From a phage, in sequence record PZ445443.1: a DNA stretch of 64,000 nucleotides; one strand, 5' to 3'. Made by a program: the position numbers and the translations under genes. This document shows, piece after piece, positions 47,760-55,710 of this stretch (position 1 is the stretch's first letter; the number at the start of each line of letters is the position of its first letter). A model generated the notes under the pieces. The model made no database searches, was not told the DNA's origin, and saw only the letters and a list, made by a program, of their open reading frames with translations.

Positions 47760-48110
47760 TTGAATGATAATCATTCTCGTTTGCAGAATAACGGGCAGGC
47801 CCGGTGATTGTCTCCCGGCCCCTGTTGCCCCGGCTTGTTATTATAGTATCACACAGGACAAAGAAAGCAAGGATTTTTTGCATAAATTTTTAAATGATAA
47901 TGATAACCGTTCTCATTTTATGCAGCGCCCATCCCCGGTGGTTGTCTCCCCCGTCACCGGTGCCTGCCGTCCTTTCGATAGGTATATTGTGCTACCTGGC
48001 GGGGCCGCTGTCAACACCTTTCAAAAAAAAAATTATAACCAGGTGCGCCCACTGCCAGTACCTGGCGGGGCCAACCTGGCAGGTCCGCGCTATAAAGTGA
48101 ACAGATGAAG
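47760..48110. repeat. two related GC-rich structured elements in an AT-rich intergenic region
   Basis: Both units share AATGATAAT...TTCTC-TTT-GCAG...CCGGTG-TTGTCTCCC; further TGGCGGGGCC repeats at ~47998 and ~48062; track ORF 47764..48108 is Pro/Gly-rich and coincides with the repeats. Confidence 0.35.
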
Positions 48111-48302
48111 AAGAGGTACATAAATGAAAGGTAATATGATCCCCTGGAAAATGTAGCTATTAATGACGCTGAGGCTATCGCCCTGGTTGAAAAGGCTATG
48201 GCGGGAGCGTTGGAACATAAAGAAGAGTACGAAAAAATGATGGTTAACCTGGCAGGGGCGGCGGCTGGAGAATTCTGCCCAAAAAATAATTTTAACTAAT
48301 GG

Positions 48303-48331
48303 TTGACAGCTCGGACAGTTCTTGTTATTCT
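48303..48331 (+). promoter_or_regulatory. sigma70-like promoter (weak -10)
   Basis: TTGACA (48303-48308), 17-nt spacer, TATTCT. Confidence 0.35.
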
Positions 48332-48383
48332 TATCCTCGCAAGGTGAACAACACCACACTAATTAACAGAGAGGATAAAAATC

Positions 48384-48581
48384 ATGAACGCCTACGGAAT
48401 CAAAGTACGTCGCAGCACTCGCCAGGTGGTCACCGATCAAATGGTTTGCCGGGTGGATGTAACCATCAACAACGGGCAAGGCCTTTATAAATTTCGTCGC
48501 GGTCATAGCTATACCCTGCAACAGCTTAACCGTTGCTCCCTGACAAAAGGTCAGATCAACCACTGGTTTAATAAAAAATAA
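48384..48581 (+). CDS. early small protein (65 aa)
   Basis: ORF track; RBS GAGGA. Confidence 0.5.
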   Translation: MNAYGIKVRRSTRQVVTDQMVCRVDVTINNGQGLYKFRRGHSYTLQQLNRCSLTKGQINHWFNKK

Positions 48582-48584
48582 ATA

Positions 48585-48613
48585 TTGACATGTGGTCTGA
48601 CACAAAATATACT
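48585..48613 (+). promoter_or_regulatory. sigma70-type promoter
   Basis: TTGACA (48585-48590), 17-nt spacer, TATACT (48608-48613). Confidence 0.6.
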
Positions 48614-48645
48614 GAAATCACAAAAGACACTAAGAGGATAAAATC

Positions 48646-49044
48646 ATGAAAACCACAACCTTTAATTTTGATAATGCCGACTTCTCTTTTTCTGATGTTA
48701 AAAGCTGCCGCCGTGATCGCGGATTCTACAAGGCCTATAATCTGGTGGGCCTGGACGATGACAATAATTTGCACGAAGTAGCTGAGATCCGGTATTATGC
48801 CGCCGCCAGCGGTAACACTCATTACTGTGTATTTTGGATTCACGACAACAAGAACAATAAGTACGGTTATACTGGCGGCAAGGCGAGCGGTCACGGTTAT
48901 GATAAAGCCAACGCTGCACTTGAAAGCGCATTAAGTGCCATGGGAATCACTGCCGACGGCTGGATCTATGAAGAAGAGTTTTTGGCGGCACTTGCTAACC
49001 ACTTGGGCTATAAAAAGCACATTGTAACATGCGCCCACGAATAA
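48646..49044 (+). CDS. early protein (132 aa)
   Basis: ORF track; RBS AAGAGGA. Confidence 0.55.
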   Translation: MKTTTFNFDNADFSFSDVKSCRRDRGFYKAYNLVGLDDDNNLHEVAEIRYYAAASGNTHYCVFWIHDNKNNKYGYTGGKASGHGYDKANAALESALSAMGITADGWIYEEEFLAALANHLGYKKHIVTCAHE

Positions 49045-49058
49045 AAAAAAAAAAATTA

Positions 49059-49086
49059 TTGACACGCTGCAAAATTCAAGTAAACT
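49059..49086 (+). promoter_or_regulatory. sigma70-type promoter
   Basis: TTGACA (49059-49064), 16-nt spacer, TAAACT (49081-49086); preceded by A-tract. Confidence 0.55.
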
Positions 49087-49096
49087 AGGCACAAAA

Positions 49097-49114
49097 GGCG
49101 GGAAACATCCCGCC
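49097..49114 (+). promoter_or_regulatory. conserved 5' leader hairpin (GGCGGG-loop-CCCGCC)
   Basis: GGCGGGaaacatCCCGCC ~11 nt after the -10 and before the SD; related copies at 49770, 51619, 55721. Confidence 0.45.
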
Positions 49115-49131
49115 AACACAGAGGAAAAGCT

Positions 49132-49527
49132 ATGAATAAGAACGTACGCCGCATCATGAACGAACTGGCAAACGATGAAAAAATTATTGACATGCATTTG
49201 GTCAACATTTGCCGCCGTTGTGTAACATATAACAACCGCGCCGCAAAAGCGCGTGAGATGAACGCAAAAGGCACCTTAAAGCCCTTTCAGGTGGTTGTAA
49301 AATCTATAACTAATGCAGCAGGCCAGGCGCATGATCACAACAACGAGAGCACTAATATTGATCCGTCTTACGTAATGAAACGGATCCGGACTTGCAAGAA
49401 TAAAGAGCAGGTGTATAACGTCATAGATTGGCTTGATTCCATGGGCGACGTGGTTTATAATAGGTTTTCTGCAGCTATCGAGATCCAGCTTGACAGGTTG
49501 GACGGGAAAGTACTAAAAACTTATTAA
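49132..49527 (+). CDS. early protein (131 aa)
   Basis: ORF track; RBS AGAGGAAAAG. Confidence 0.55.
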   Translation: MNKNVRRIMNELANDEKIIDMHLVNICRRCVTYNNRAAKAREMNAKGTLKPFQVVVKSITNAAGQAHDHNNESTNIDPSYVMKRIRTCKNKEQVYNVIDWLDSMGDVVYNRFSAAIEIQLDRLDGKVLKTY

Positions 49528-49530
49528 GCT

Positions 49531-49575
49531 TATTTTTAGATGGCCTTGACTCCAGGGCCATCAATAAAGTAAACT
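49531..49575 (+). promoter_or_regulatory. repeated 45-bp hairpin/promoter element, copy 1
   Basis: TATTTTTAGATGGCCTTGACTCCAGGGCCATCAATAAAGTAAACT; inverted repeat GATGGCC/GGCCATC encloses TTGACT; TAAACT 18 nt downstream as candidate -10. Confidence 0.5.
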
Positions 49576-49608
49576 AACCACAGTTAAGCGGAAAAGGGGG
49601 GCTTGAAG

Positions 49609-49728
49609 ATGAGTACTACACGCCAACACACAAAGGTAACTATTATCGTTTGCATCATTGGTTACATCCTGGCGCAAATGTTGATGGGTAGCGCCAATGA
49701 TTTCGCAAAATTTTTCTTAAACTTTTAA
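49609..49728 (+). CDS. small hydrophobic protein (39 aa, below ORF-track cutoff)
   Basis: ATG 49609 with AAAAGGGGGG upstream; MSTTRQHTKVTIIVCIIGYILAQMLMGSANDFAKFFLNF; downstream of element copy 1. Confidence 0.4.
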   Translation: MSTTRQHTKVTIIVCIIGYILAQMLMGSANDFAKFFLNF

Positions 49729-49756
49729 TTGACAAGCTAACTTAAATCAGTATAAT
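49729..49756 (+). promoter_or_regulatory. sigma70 consensus promoter
   Basis: TTGACA (49729-49734), 16-nt spacer, TATAAT (49751-49756). Confidence 0.65.
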
Positions 49757-49809
49757 ACTAAGCACATAAACGGGAAAACTTCCCAGAACACACAAAAGGA
49801 GAAAACATT

Positions 49810-50160
49810 ATGAATACTTCCATCACTATGACCACCGAAGAAAAAGCCCTGCAGATCGCCGCTCTGAAAAAACAGATTGCAGAACTGGAAGACAAGATCG
49901 ACAATTTTGAAATCGACGAAGACAAATACGATGATAAATATGATGAATGGTTGGACGAGATCCACGGCGAAATTATGATCGGTTGTATCTCTTTCCTCCC
50001 TTCACGTATCCTTAGGGAGCTGGATCCTATCGCTTACCGTTGCGGCTTTAGCGATTATATTGATAGCCTAGATATTGAAGATGACGAAGAATACCAGGAA
50101 TTGCAGACAGAGCTTGAAGAAGCAAAAGAAGAGCTTGCAGAACTGGAAGAAAACGAGTAA
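49810..50160 (+). CDS. early acidic coiled-coil protein (116 aa)
   Basis: ORF track; RBS AAAGGAGAA; Glu/Asp-rich heptad-like sequence. Confidence 0.55.
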   Translation: MNTSITMTTEEKALQIAALKKQIAELEDKIDNFEIDEDKYDDKYDEWLDEIHGEIMIGCISFLPSRILRELDPIAYRCGFSDYIDSLDIEDDEEYQELQTELEEAKEELAELEENE

Positions 50161-50163
50161 ATT

Positions 50164-50208
50164 TATTTTTAGATGGCCTTGACTCCAGGGCCATCAATAA
50201 AGTAAACT
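50164..50208 (+). promoter_or_regulatory. repeated 45-bp hairpin/promoter element, copy 2
   Basis: Near-identical to copy 1; TTGACT 50179-50184, TAAACT 50203-50208; starts right after upstream stop codon. Confidence 0.5.
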
Positions 50209-50249
50209 TTACACTGTTAACACTGAACTAATACAGAGGAGTTAAAACC

Positions 50250-50495
50250 ATGGCAGCACTAATCACCAAATATTATGCCCCTACCAACACCAAAAGCGCC
50301 CGTATCATGGTAAAAGGCTTCGGACGTAAAAAGGTTTACACCTGGGATTATTCCCTAGACATGGAAGACAACTACACCAACGCAATGACCGATTTTATTA
50401 ATGAACTAAATAAGCAGATCTTGACAAGTTATAAAGTGACAGATATTGCTTATATAGGTGAAGGCGGGATCTGTTTTGTGGGCATTGTGAAATAG
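50250..50495 (+). CDS. early small protein (81 aa)
   Basis: ORF track; RBS AGAGGAG. Confidence 0.55.
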   Translation: MAALITKYYAPTNTKSARIMVKGFGRKKVYTWDYSLDMEDNYTNAMTDFINELNKQILTSYKVTDIAYIGEGGICFVGIVK

Positions 50496-50496
50496 T

Positions 50497-50540
50497 TATT
50501 TTTTCGGTGGTCCTGGCTGCAGGGCCATCTATAAAGATAA
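50497..50540 (+). promoter_or_regulatory. degenerate copy of the hairpin/promoter element
   Basis: TTTTCGGTGGTCCTGGCTGCAGGGCCATCTATAAAG: keeps the GGGCCATC arm and A/T-rich 3' part but lacks TTGACT. Confidence 0.3.
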
Positions 50541-50569
50541 TTTATTAACACCATGAAAGGAGAAAGTAC

Positions 50570-50923
50570 ATGATCAGCGGGGCTAGTTTTATTATTGGCG
50601 CTATTGCTACGGCTTTAATTGTAAACAAGATCCAGGATAAAAAGGAAAGAGGAAGTACCGCCCTTGCAGAATATCCATTTTGGACATTTAACGATAACGA
50701 AGATTATATTATAAAGTATAAAAATAAAGAGGGTGACCAAGTAACACCGCGACCGATCCCAGCTTACAAGATGCAGGAAACACTATACCGCCTGGAGGCG
50801 GGGGGCGCAAAAATTGTAGACTTTTGGGGATACGACCACACAGATCAGGAAGTTATAAAGCGCCGTATCCGGGCTATTCAGGCCAATATTGAAGTTAGCA
50901 AGGGGGGAATATATGAAAATTAA
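50570..50923 (+). CDS. early membrane-anchored protein (117 aa)
   Basis: ORF track; RBS AAAGGAGAAAG; N-terminal hydrophobic helix ISGASFIIGAIATALIV. Confidence 0.5.
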   Translation: MISGASFIIGAIATALIVNKIQDKKERGSTALAEYPFWTFNDNEDYIIKYKNKEGDQVTPRPIPAYKMQETLYRLEAGGAKIVDFWGYDHTDQEVIKRRIRAIQANIEVSKGGIYEN

Positions 50924-51110
50924 TTTCGAGAAAATTGTAAAGCGCCCTCATGATTCCGAAGAGCTGCCAGAACGCCGCCAGCGTAACAATAAACTGAATA
51001 AGCCAAAAAGGTTTGGGAAGATCTGGCGTAATCATTATGATCGTAAATTGCCCGGCCTACTTTTGGAGCGTGAACGACAGGCAGAACGATACCGCCATAA
51101 AGACAAATAA
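50913..51110 (+). CDS. early basic small protein (65 aa)
   Basis: ATG 50913 with AAGGGGGG upstream; Arg/Lys-rich. Confidence 0.45.
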   Translation: MKINFEKIVKRPHDSEELPERRQRNNKLNKPKRFGKIWRNHYDRKLPGLLLERERQAERYRHKDK

Positions 51111-51116
51111 CAACCA

Positions 51117-51146
51117 ACGCCCAGCCATTGTGCGGGGCTTTTTATT
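51117..51146 (+). terminator. putative terminator (short stem + T-tract)
   Basis: GCCC...GGGC short stem followed by TTTTTATTTC. Confidence 0.35.
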
Positions 51147-51268
51147 TCTATCCTACGAATAGCGCCCCTGGTTGGCCCTGTAAGCGCCAAAAAGGCCCCC
51201 ACCTATGCAATCGCCCCCTTTAACCTGAAAACATCGCCCAGGGCCGTTTCATGGCGTTAAAAATATCA

Positions 51269-51296
51269 TTGACATCGTCAACAGGTTAGCTATACT
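51269..51296 (+). promoter_or_regulatory. sigma70-type promoter
   Basis: TTGACA (51269-51274), 16-nt spacer, TATACT (51291-51296). Confidence 0.6.
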
Positions 51297-51328
51297 AACC
51301 ACATCAAAGAGAGAAAGGAGTAAACGCC

Positions 51329-51601
51329 ATGCGTAAATTAAAAAATTTTGATAAAGTTGATGTTATCCTGAATAATTTTTACTACTGCAACAACAAGGCT
51401 ATTTGGTGGCGTGATAGTTCCACCGATAAAGTCAGGGCGCGCTTTCTTCAGGGGCACTGGCAAGGCCGCCCGGTGATTAAAATCATGGGGCAATTGGTAG
51501 CGTTTAAAAATTGCCGCCGTGTTGATGACGTTGAGGAGATTTTAAACATTTTGCGCCACAATAATTTAAAAAAAATAGTGTTGACAAGTAAGCCTCAATA
51601 A
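51329..51601 (+). CDS. early protein (90 aa)
   Basis: ORF track; RBS AAAGGAG. Confidence 0.5.
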   Translation: MRKLKNFDKVDVILNNFYYCNNKAIWWRDSSTDKVRARFLQGHWQGRPVIKIMGQLVAFKNCRRVDDVEEILNILRHNNLKKIVLTSKPQ

Positions 51602-51609
51602 GTATACTT
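51581..51609 (+). promoter_or_regulatory. sigma70-type promoter (overlaps 3' end of upstream gene)
   Basis: TTGACA (51581-51586), 17-nt spacer, TATACT (51604-51609); followed by leader hairpin GGCGGGaaaactTCCCGCC (51619-51637). Confidence 0.6.
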
Positions 51610-51665
51610 AAACACACAGGCGGGAAAACTTCCCGCCACTAACAAAGAAAATAGGAGAAAATATC

Positions 51666-52289
51666 ATGACCACCGTTAACATTACCGCAGGTTACAATTT
51701 ATCTTTCGACGTGCTGACCGACGAACAAAAAGAAAAAGCCGTTGAAATGGTCCGCGAAAGAGAAGAACACAGCGGGGATAACTTTTTTGCAGAAAGTGTA
51801 ATTGAATACTATAAAGAATATGTTTTTCCAGAGTATGGCCTTGAAGATACCGAAGTACATTGGTCAGGCTTTTGGTGCCAGGGTGACGGCGCGTCAATCA
51901 GTGCTGAAAACGTGGATTTAGAAAAATTTTTGCGTAAAGTAAAGGCCCTGACCAAGTTCCGATCAATTCGTCACTTGTTCGGCACAATGCACGATGGCGA
52001 GTTATCAGCCAGTGTTGAACGCGACAAGTACAGCCATTACAGCCATGAAAACACTGTAAGCGGGTACATTGATACCACTTGGCTAGATCTGACCGCCAAA
52101 CAAGAAAACAAAGTTGAAGAGCTGGAAGAGCTGATCACCGAGACGGTACGGGAGCTATCCCGCAAGGTTTACGTAGACCTGGAGGAGGCCTATCTTGAAC
52201 AGTTTACTACCGAAAACCTGATCGGCCTTATTGAAGCCAATGATTGGCGGTTTGATGTGGATGAATATGGGGAGATGAGTTTTTCATAA
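51666..52289 (+). CDS. early protein (207 aa)
   Basis: ORF track; RBS AGGAGAA. Confidence 0.55.
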   Translation: MTTVNITAGYNLSFDVLTDEQKEKAVEMVREREEHSGDNFFAESVIEYYKEYVFPEYGLEDTEVHWSGFWCQGDGASISAENVDLEKFLRKVKALTKFRSIRHLFGTMHDGELSASVERDKYSHYSHENTVSGYIDTTWLDLTAKQENKVEELEELITETVRELSRKVYVDLEEAYLEQFTTENLIGLIEANDWRFDVDEYGEMSFS

Positions 52290-52297
52290 ATAAAGTG

Positions 52298-52325
52298 TTG
52301 CAATAATCTAAAAACCTGCTATATT
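52298..52325 (+). promoter_or_regulatory. sigma70-like promoter
   Basis: TTGCAA (52298-52303), 16-nt spacer, TATATT (52320-52325). Confidence 0.45.
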
Positions 52326-52378
52326 AAAACTCAAGGGGCGAGATGACTTGCCCCACACAAAACAAAGAGGATAACATC

Positions 52379-52759
52379 ATGAAAAACACCACCAAGGCCA
52401 TTGACACCGTTATGTTTAACCTGGTTACATTCCGTGAAGATATGAAAGATCTTCCACGTGAAACAGTGTGCGACCATATCGAAAACTATCGCAAACTTAT
52501 TAAAGAATTGCCATTGAAACGAGATCAGTACGCGGCTAACGCCATGCTTAACGCCATGATCAAAAAGATGATTCAGTGTGATTTAACTCTGGCCTATGAT
52601 TATGCAGGTGGTCGTTTTGCAGTATACAATCAGCCCGTGCCTGGTATGAGCACCACCGAAGAATTGCACGCGCTCAATCTAAAACAAGATGTGTGGGATA
52701 GTATGCCCCGCGTGGTGGTATGGGTAGAAAGCGGAAAGATTTACGGCGATAATTTTTAA
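52379..52759 (+). CDS. early protein (126 aa)
   Basis: ATG 52379 with AAGAGGA upstream (track start 52343 lacks RBS). Confidence 0.5.
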   Translation: MKNTTKAIDTVMFNLVTFREDMKDLPRETVCDHIENYRKLIKELPLKRDQYAANAMLNAMIKKMIQCDLTLAYDYAGGRFAVYNQPVPGMSTTEELHALNLKQDVWDSMPRVVVWVESGKIYGDNF

Positions 52760-52770
52760 TCAGGTAACAG

Positions 52771-52798
52771 GCGGCGGCATATTTGCCGCCTTATTGTT
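52771..52798 (+). terminator. rho-independent terminator
   Basis: GGCGGC-atattt-GCCGCC followed by TTATTGTT. Confidence 0.55.
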
Positions 52799-52826
52799 AA
52801 TCAGAACTGTAAAAGAGGTACATAGA

Positions 52827-53198
52827 ATGGAATTTATCATTTTGGCTATATTAGTTGCCTTGTTTAACGCCTGGATCGCTGGCAAGATGGGTAGATCCGC
52901 CTTTTTATGGTTTATTATATCTATCTTCCTGGGAGTGGTTGCAACTATTGTATTGGTTATCCTTGCAATTGTTGACAAGGGGAATAATAGAAAGGGTAAA
53001 GTATTTTCAGACCTGTACGACGCTCAAACGTTTGTCAACGCCTATTATAGTGATCTTCCAGTCTCCCTACGTTGCAGCCTTGCACAACAGGTTTTCGATG
53101 AAGCTAAAACCAGAGATCACGCCCATGAGATTTGTTTAACTGAGGCGGATCGCCTATTTGAGAGGAATAGAAAATATGTGGACCAGCCGTTTAAATAA
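52827..53198 (+). CDS. early membrane protein (123 aa, two predicted TM helices)
   Basis: ATG 52827 with AAGAGG upstream; MEFIILAILVALFNAWIAG...FLWFIISIFLGVVATIVLVILAIV. Confidence 0.5.
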   Translation: MEFIILAILVALFNAWIAGKMGRSAFLWFIISIFLGVVATIVLVILAIVDKGNNRKGKVFSDLYDAQTFVNAYYSDLPVSLRCSLAQQVFDEAKTRDHAHEICLTEADRLFERNRKYVDQPFK

Positions 53199-53397
53199 TG
53201 CCACGTTAATTAACCCCTTTAGTGAAGATTTGAAGCCAGCCGCCTGGCGTGATGGATTCAATAACGAAAGCTTTATTTTCAGGCCTGATCTTAAGGAATT
53301 TTATAACAATGGATCGAACAACGACAGAGATAATTTTTCTTGTAATGTGCGTGGTGATAATACTCCTGGGGGCCATTGCAAACCACGTCACTGCTAA
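53176..53397 (+). CDS. hypothetical small protein (73 aa); frame choice uncertain
   Basis: ATG 53176 with GAGAGGAA upstream; competes with overlapping ORF 53249..53434 in another frame. Confidence 0.3.
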   Translation: MWTSRLNNATLINPFSEDLKPAAWRDGFNNESFIFRPDLKEFYNNGSNNDRDNFSCNVRGDNTPGGHCKPRHC

Positions 53398-53417
53398 CAG
53401 GAGGGAAGGGGGAGACG

Positions 53418-53537
53418 ATGACACCCAAGGATAAGCCCCGCACCGATAAGGCGCGCCGTGTTATGGTATGGCTTGAGATCATCGCCCTTGAAATATTGTT
53501 AGGCGTAGGGATGTATTTTATCGCTGTAAGTAACTGA
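53418..53537 (+). CDS. small hydrophobic protein (39 aa, below ORF-track cutoff)
   Basis: ATG 53418 with GGAGGGAAGGGGGAG upstream; MTPKDKPRTDKARRVMVWLEIIALEILLGVGMYFIAVSN; followed by terminator. Confidence 0.4.
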   Translation: MTPKDKPRTDKARRVMVWLEIIALEILLGVGMYFIAVSN

Positions 53538-53541
53538 TAAC

Positions 53542-53581
53542 GGCCCCCGATCCCTGGGGGCCTAACTTTTTAATTTTTTTT
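53542..53581 (+). terminator. rho-independent terminator
   Basis: GGCCCCC-gatccct-GGGGGCC followed by TAACTTTTTAATTTTTTTT. Confidence 0.6.
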
Positions 53582-53679
53582 CTCCCTGGGTGTTGCAATC
53601 CGATCCAGAATATGGATAATAACAATCAACGGGGAGACACTCCCCACCGCACAGACAAAGTTCCAAAAGGAGAAACAAA

Positions 53680-53880
53680 ATGAGCAATAATATCCGCGTT
53701 ATTAACTTCAAAAAAGAAGAAAAAATTGCTGTACTGGTTGATGGTCAAGAAATCTTCAAGGGCGATTATGAAGATCATCAAACGGCGATTAGTATCACTC
53801 GCGTGATTGGTTACCATAATTTCTACCCCCAAGGCGCTGAGGCAGCAGTTAAACGAATCAAAGAGATTGTAGGCCTGTAA
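53680..53880 (+). CDS. early small protein (66 aa)
   Basis: ORF track; RBS AAAAGGAGAAA. Confidence 0.55.
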   Translation: MSNNIRVINFKKEEKIAVLVDGQEIFKGDYEDHQTAISITRVIGYHNFYPQGAEAAVKRIKEIVGL

Positions 53881-53884
53881 AATT

Positions 53885-53929
53885 TATTTTTAGATGGCCT
53901 TGACTCCAGGGCCATCAATAAAGTAAATT
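53885..53929 (+). promoter_or_regulatory. repeated 45-bp hairpin/promoter element, copy 3
   Basis: TATTTTTAGATGGCCTTGACTCCAGGGCCATCAATAAAGTAAATT; TTGACT 53900-53905, TAAATT 53924-53929; starts right after upstream stop. Confidence 0.5.
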
Positions 53930-53964
53930 TAAACCCTGTTAAAATACCACGCAGTTAACAAGGA

Positions 53965-54273
53965 GTGATAGACATGTTTATCCAGGCTAATAATCTTTAT
54001 TTCTTTGATGGTCAGATCGTAGATGGTGTGGAAGTGGAGATCACCGGGTGCCCTGGCGGTCAGGCTATGACTTTCCGGAATAATGCCTTTGATGATTCTC
54101 ATATCGTTATGAAAATGGAAGTTACGAAGCTGGACGACAAGAAAGCACTCATTGACTATTCTGTGAAAGATCATCCAGACTACCACATGATCTATGGTGA
54201 TTTGTGCATTGTTGACCGTGACAAGGTAGGCGGCATTGTGATCGCTATTGTGAACGATGTTTTCTCAAACTAA
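53965..54273 (+). CDS. early protein (102 aa)
   Basis: ORF track; RBS AAGGAG. Confidence 0.55.
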   Translation: MIDMFIQANNLYFFDGQIVDGVEVEITGCPGGQAMTFRNNAFDDSHIVMKMEVTKLDDKKALIDYSVKDHPDYHMIYGDLCIVDRDKVGGIVIAIVNDVFSN

Positions 54274-54290
54274 TTTCAGCAGGTGATTTT

Positions 54291-54641
54291 ATGAAAGTCA
54301 AACTATATTACCTTAATGAGCTTAACCCCCTTGCCCAGGTCCGCGCCCTGGCTAATACCTTGATTTGTGAGAAATCTGTATATTGTGTTGAGCTTAACGC
54401 CATGCGTGAACGTCTCAAAGGTGGTTACTTTGACATCCATGCTGCAATCAACGGCCTGAATATGGAATTTATACGCCTACGTAACAGCCGCCGGAATCTG
54501 GCAAGAATGGAACAAGATCCGGCCCACCTTCGTAAACTGGTTATTGAAAATCATCTGATGTTCAATGCCGAGGGTGATTATTACCATTTTAACCGCAAAC
54601 GTTGGTACCGTGGCGGCAATACAGACAAGGATGCAAAATAA
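54291..54641 (+). CDS. early protein (116 aa)
   Basis: ORF track; weak RBS. Confidence 0.5.
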   Translation: MKVKLYYLNELNPLAQVRALANTLICEKSVYCVELNAMRERLKGGYFDIHAAINGLNMEFIRLRNSRRNLARMEQDPAHLRKLVIENHLMFNAEGDYYHFNRKRWYRGGNTDKDAK

Positions 54642-54677
54642 GGCCCCTAGCAGGGCCTGCAGCGATATAATCACATA

Positions 54678-54711
54678 AAGGCCATGCAACCGCATGGCCT
54701 TTATTATTTTG
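54678..54711 (+). terminator. rho-independent terminator
   Basis: GGCCATGC-aacc-GCATGGCC followed by TTTATTATTTT; a second hairpin AGGCCC...GGGCCT lies just upstream. Confidence 0.6.
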
Positions 54712-54758
54712 GCGTTACAACGGCATACGGAGCGCTTAAAAATTTTTTAAATAAGTAC

Positions 54759-54787
54759 TTGCATCATGTCCGACAATATGGATAATA
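54759..54787 (+). promoter_or_regulatory. sigma70-like promoter
   Basis: TTGCAT, 17-nt spacer, ATAATA. Confidence 0.4.
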
Positions 54788-54845
54788 AGAGTTGTCGAAG
54801 GGGCTATGCCTCCAATCATTAACCGGATAGATAGGAGTTAAAATC

Positions 54846-55130
54846 ATGGCTATTGTTACCGCTGGTGATGTAGTAGAAATGGAAGCAAAATACTTAAAAA
54901 CTGGTATGCATATCCTACGCAACGATCTTGAACTGGTCCTGACAATGGTTGACTATAACCCAGGGCAAGATTATCCAAGTGTTGACTACTTTTTTGAGTA
55001 TGTCGATGAAGAGCTAAAAGAGGATGAGGCCTACTGCGGAGAATTCTGCAACTACTTTTGCCCTGACGAGGTTGTAAAAGTTATCTACCAACCTGGCGTA
55101 CCTTTCCCGCTACACGCTATCAATAAATAA
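54846..55130 (+). CDS. early protein (94 aa)
   Basis: ORF track; RBS TAGGAG. Confidence 0.55.
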   Translation: MAIVTAGDVVEMEAKYLKTGMHILRNDLELVLTMVDYNPGQDYPSVDYFFEYVDEELKEDEAYCGEFCNYFCPDEVVKVIYQPGVPFPLHAINK

Positions 55131-55185
55131 ACCTGGCGGGGCCGAAAAGGCCCCCAATTATGAAAATAAAGAGAGGCAAATCATC

Positions 55186-55419
55186 ATGATGGAACAAATT
55201 AAACGCGCCGAGGCTATTAATGGCAACGTGATCTATTTTGTCAGCAAAAACGAAAAAGGCGTACCCTATGCGGCGGTAATAGTACAGCCTGACGGCGATT
55301 ATTGGTGCACTGTGTACGGCGCTTATTCTTTTGGGCGTCCAGTGCATGATAAAATTTTGAAAGTAGCGAACCCTACCGGGAAAAATATCACAGCAGAAAA
55401 ATTTTTTGAAAATAGTTGA
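55186..55419 (+). CDS. early small protein (77 aa)
   Basis: ORF track; RBS AGAGAGG. Confidence 0.5.
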   Translation: MMEQIKRAEAINGNVIYFVSKNEKGVPYAAVIVQPDGDYWCTVYGAYSFGRPVHDKILKVANPTGKNITAEKFFENS

Positions 55420-55443
55420 CACGACCATATAAGACTGTAGTAT
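55416..55443 (+). promoter_or_regulatory. sigma70-like promoter
   Basis: TTGACA (55416-55421), 16-nt spacer, TAGTAT. Confidence 0.5.
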
Positions 55444-55496
55444 ATAAATCAAAGGGGGGCAACAAGCCCCACCAACCACAAAGAGGATAAAAAATC

Positions 55497-55676
55497 ATGG
55501 CTATTATTGCAAAGACTGAGATCGTAGGCTTAGATTCTATTCTTCTCGCATATGAGGAAGCTATAGAAATGTATGTGGTTTCCTATGGTGAATATATCCG
55601 TGAATATAAATCTATTGATCTAGCTTTTGAATGTTATATTCGCCAGGTCAATAAAGCATATGATGATTATCGTTAA
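55497..55676 (+). CDS. early small protein (59 aa, below ORF-track cutoff)
   Basis: ATG 55497 with AAGAGGA upstream; promoter and GC hairpin in leader. Confidence 0.45.
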   Translation: MAIIAKTEIVGLDSILLAYEEAIEMYVVSYGEYIREYKSIDLAFECYIRQVNKAYDDYR

Positions 55677-55682
55677 AATAGT

Positions 55683-55710
55683 TTGACAACAGTCAACAAT
55701 CTGGTAAAGT
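55683..55710 (+). promoter_or_regulatory. sigma70-like promoter
   Basis: TTGACA (55683-55688), 16-nt spacer, TAAAGT; followed by leader hairpin GCGGGAatactTCCCGC (55721-55740). Confidence 0.45.

Noticed and set aside
47764-48108. 114-aa + strand ORF in the GC-rich repeat region
   Set aside because: Pro/Gly/Ala-rich low-complexity translation that coincides with the paired structured repeats; no RBS; more likely non-coding
47165-48110. tRNA genes in the non-coding regions here and at 58450-60900
   Set aside because: No GTTC(G/A)ANNC T-loop with matching acceptor-stem pairing found by eye; a tRNA scan would be needed to rule this out
49531-49575. Repeated hairpin element as a plain intrinsic terminator
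   Set aside because: The stem is followed by AATAAAG, not a U-tract, on either strand, and the loop carries a -35-like TTGACT; promoter or operator function fits better
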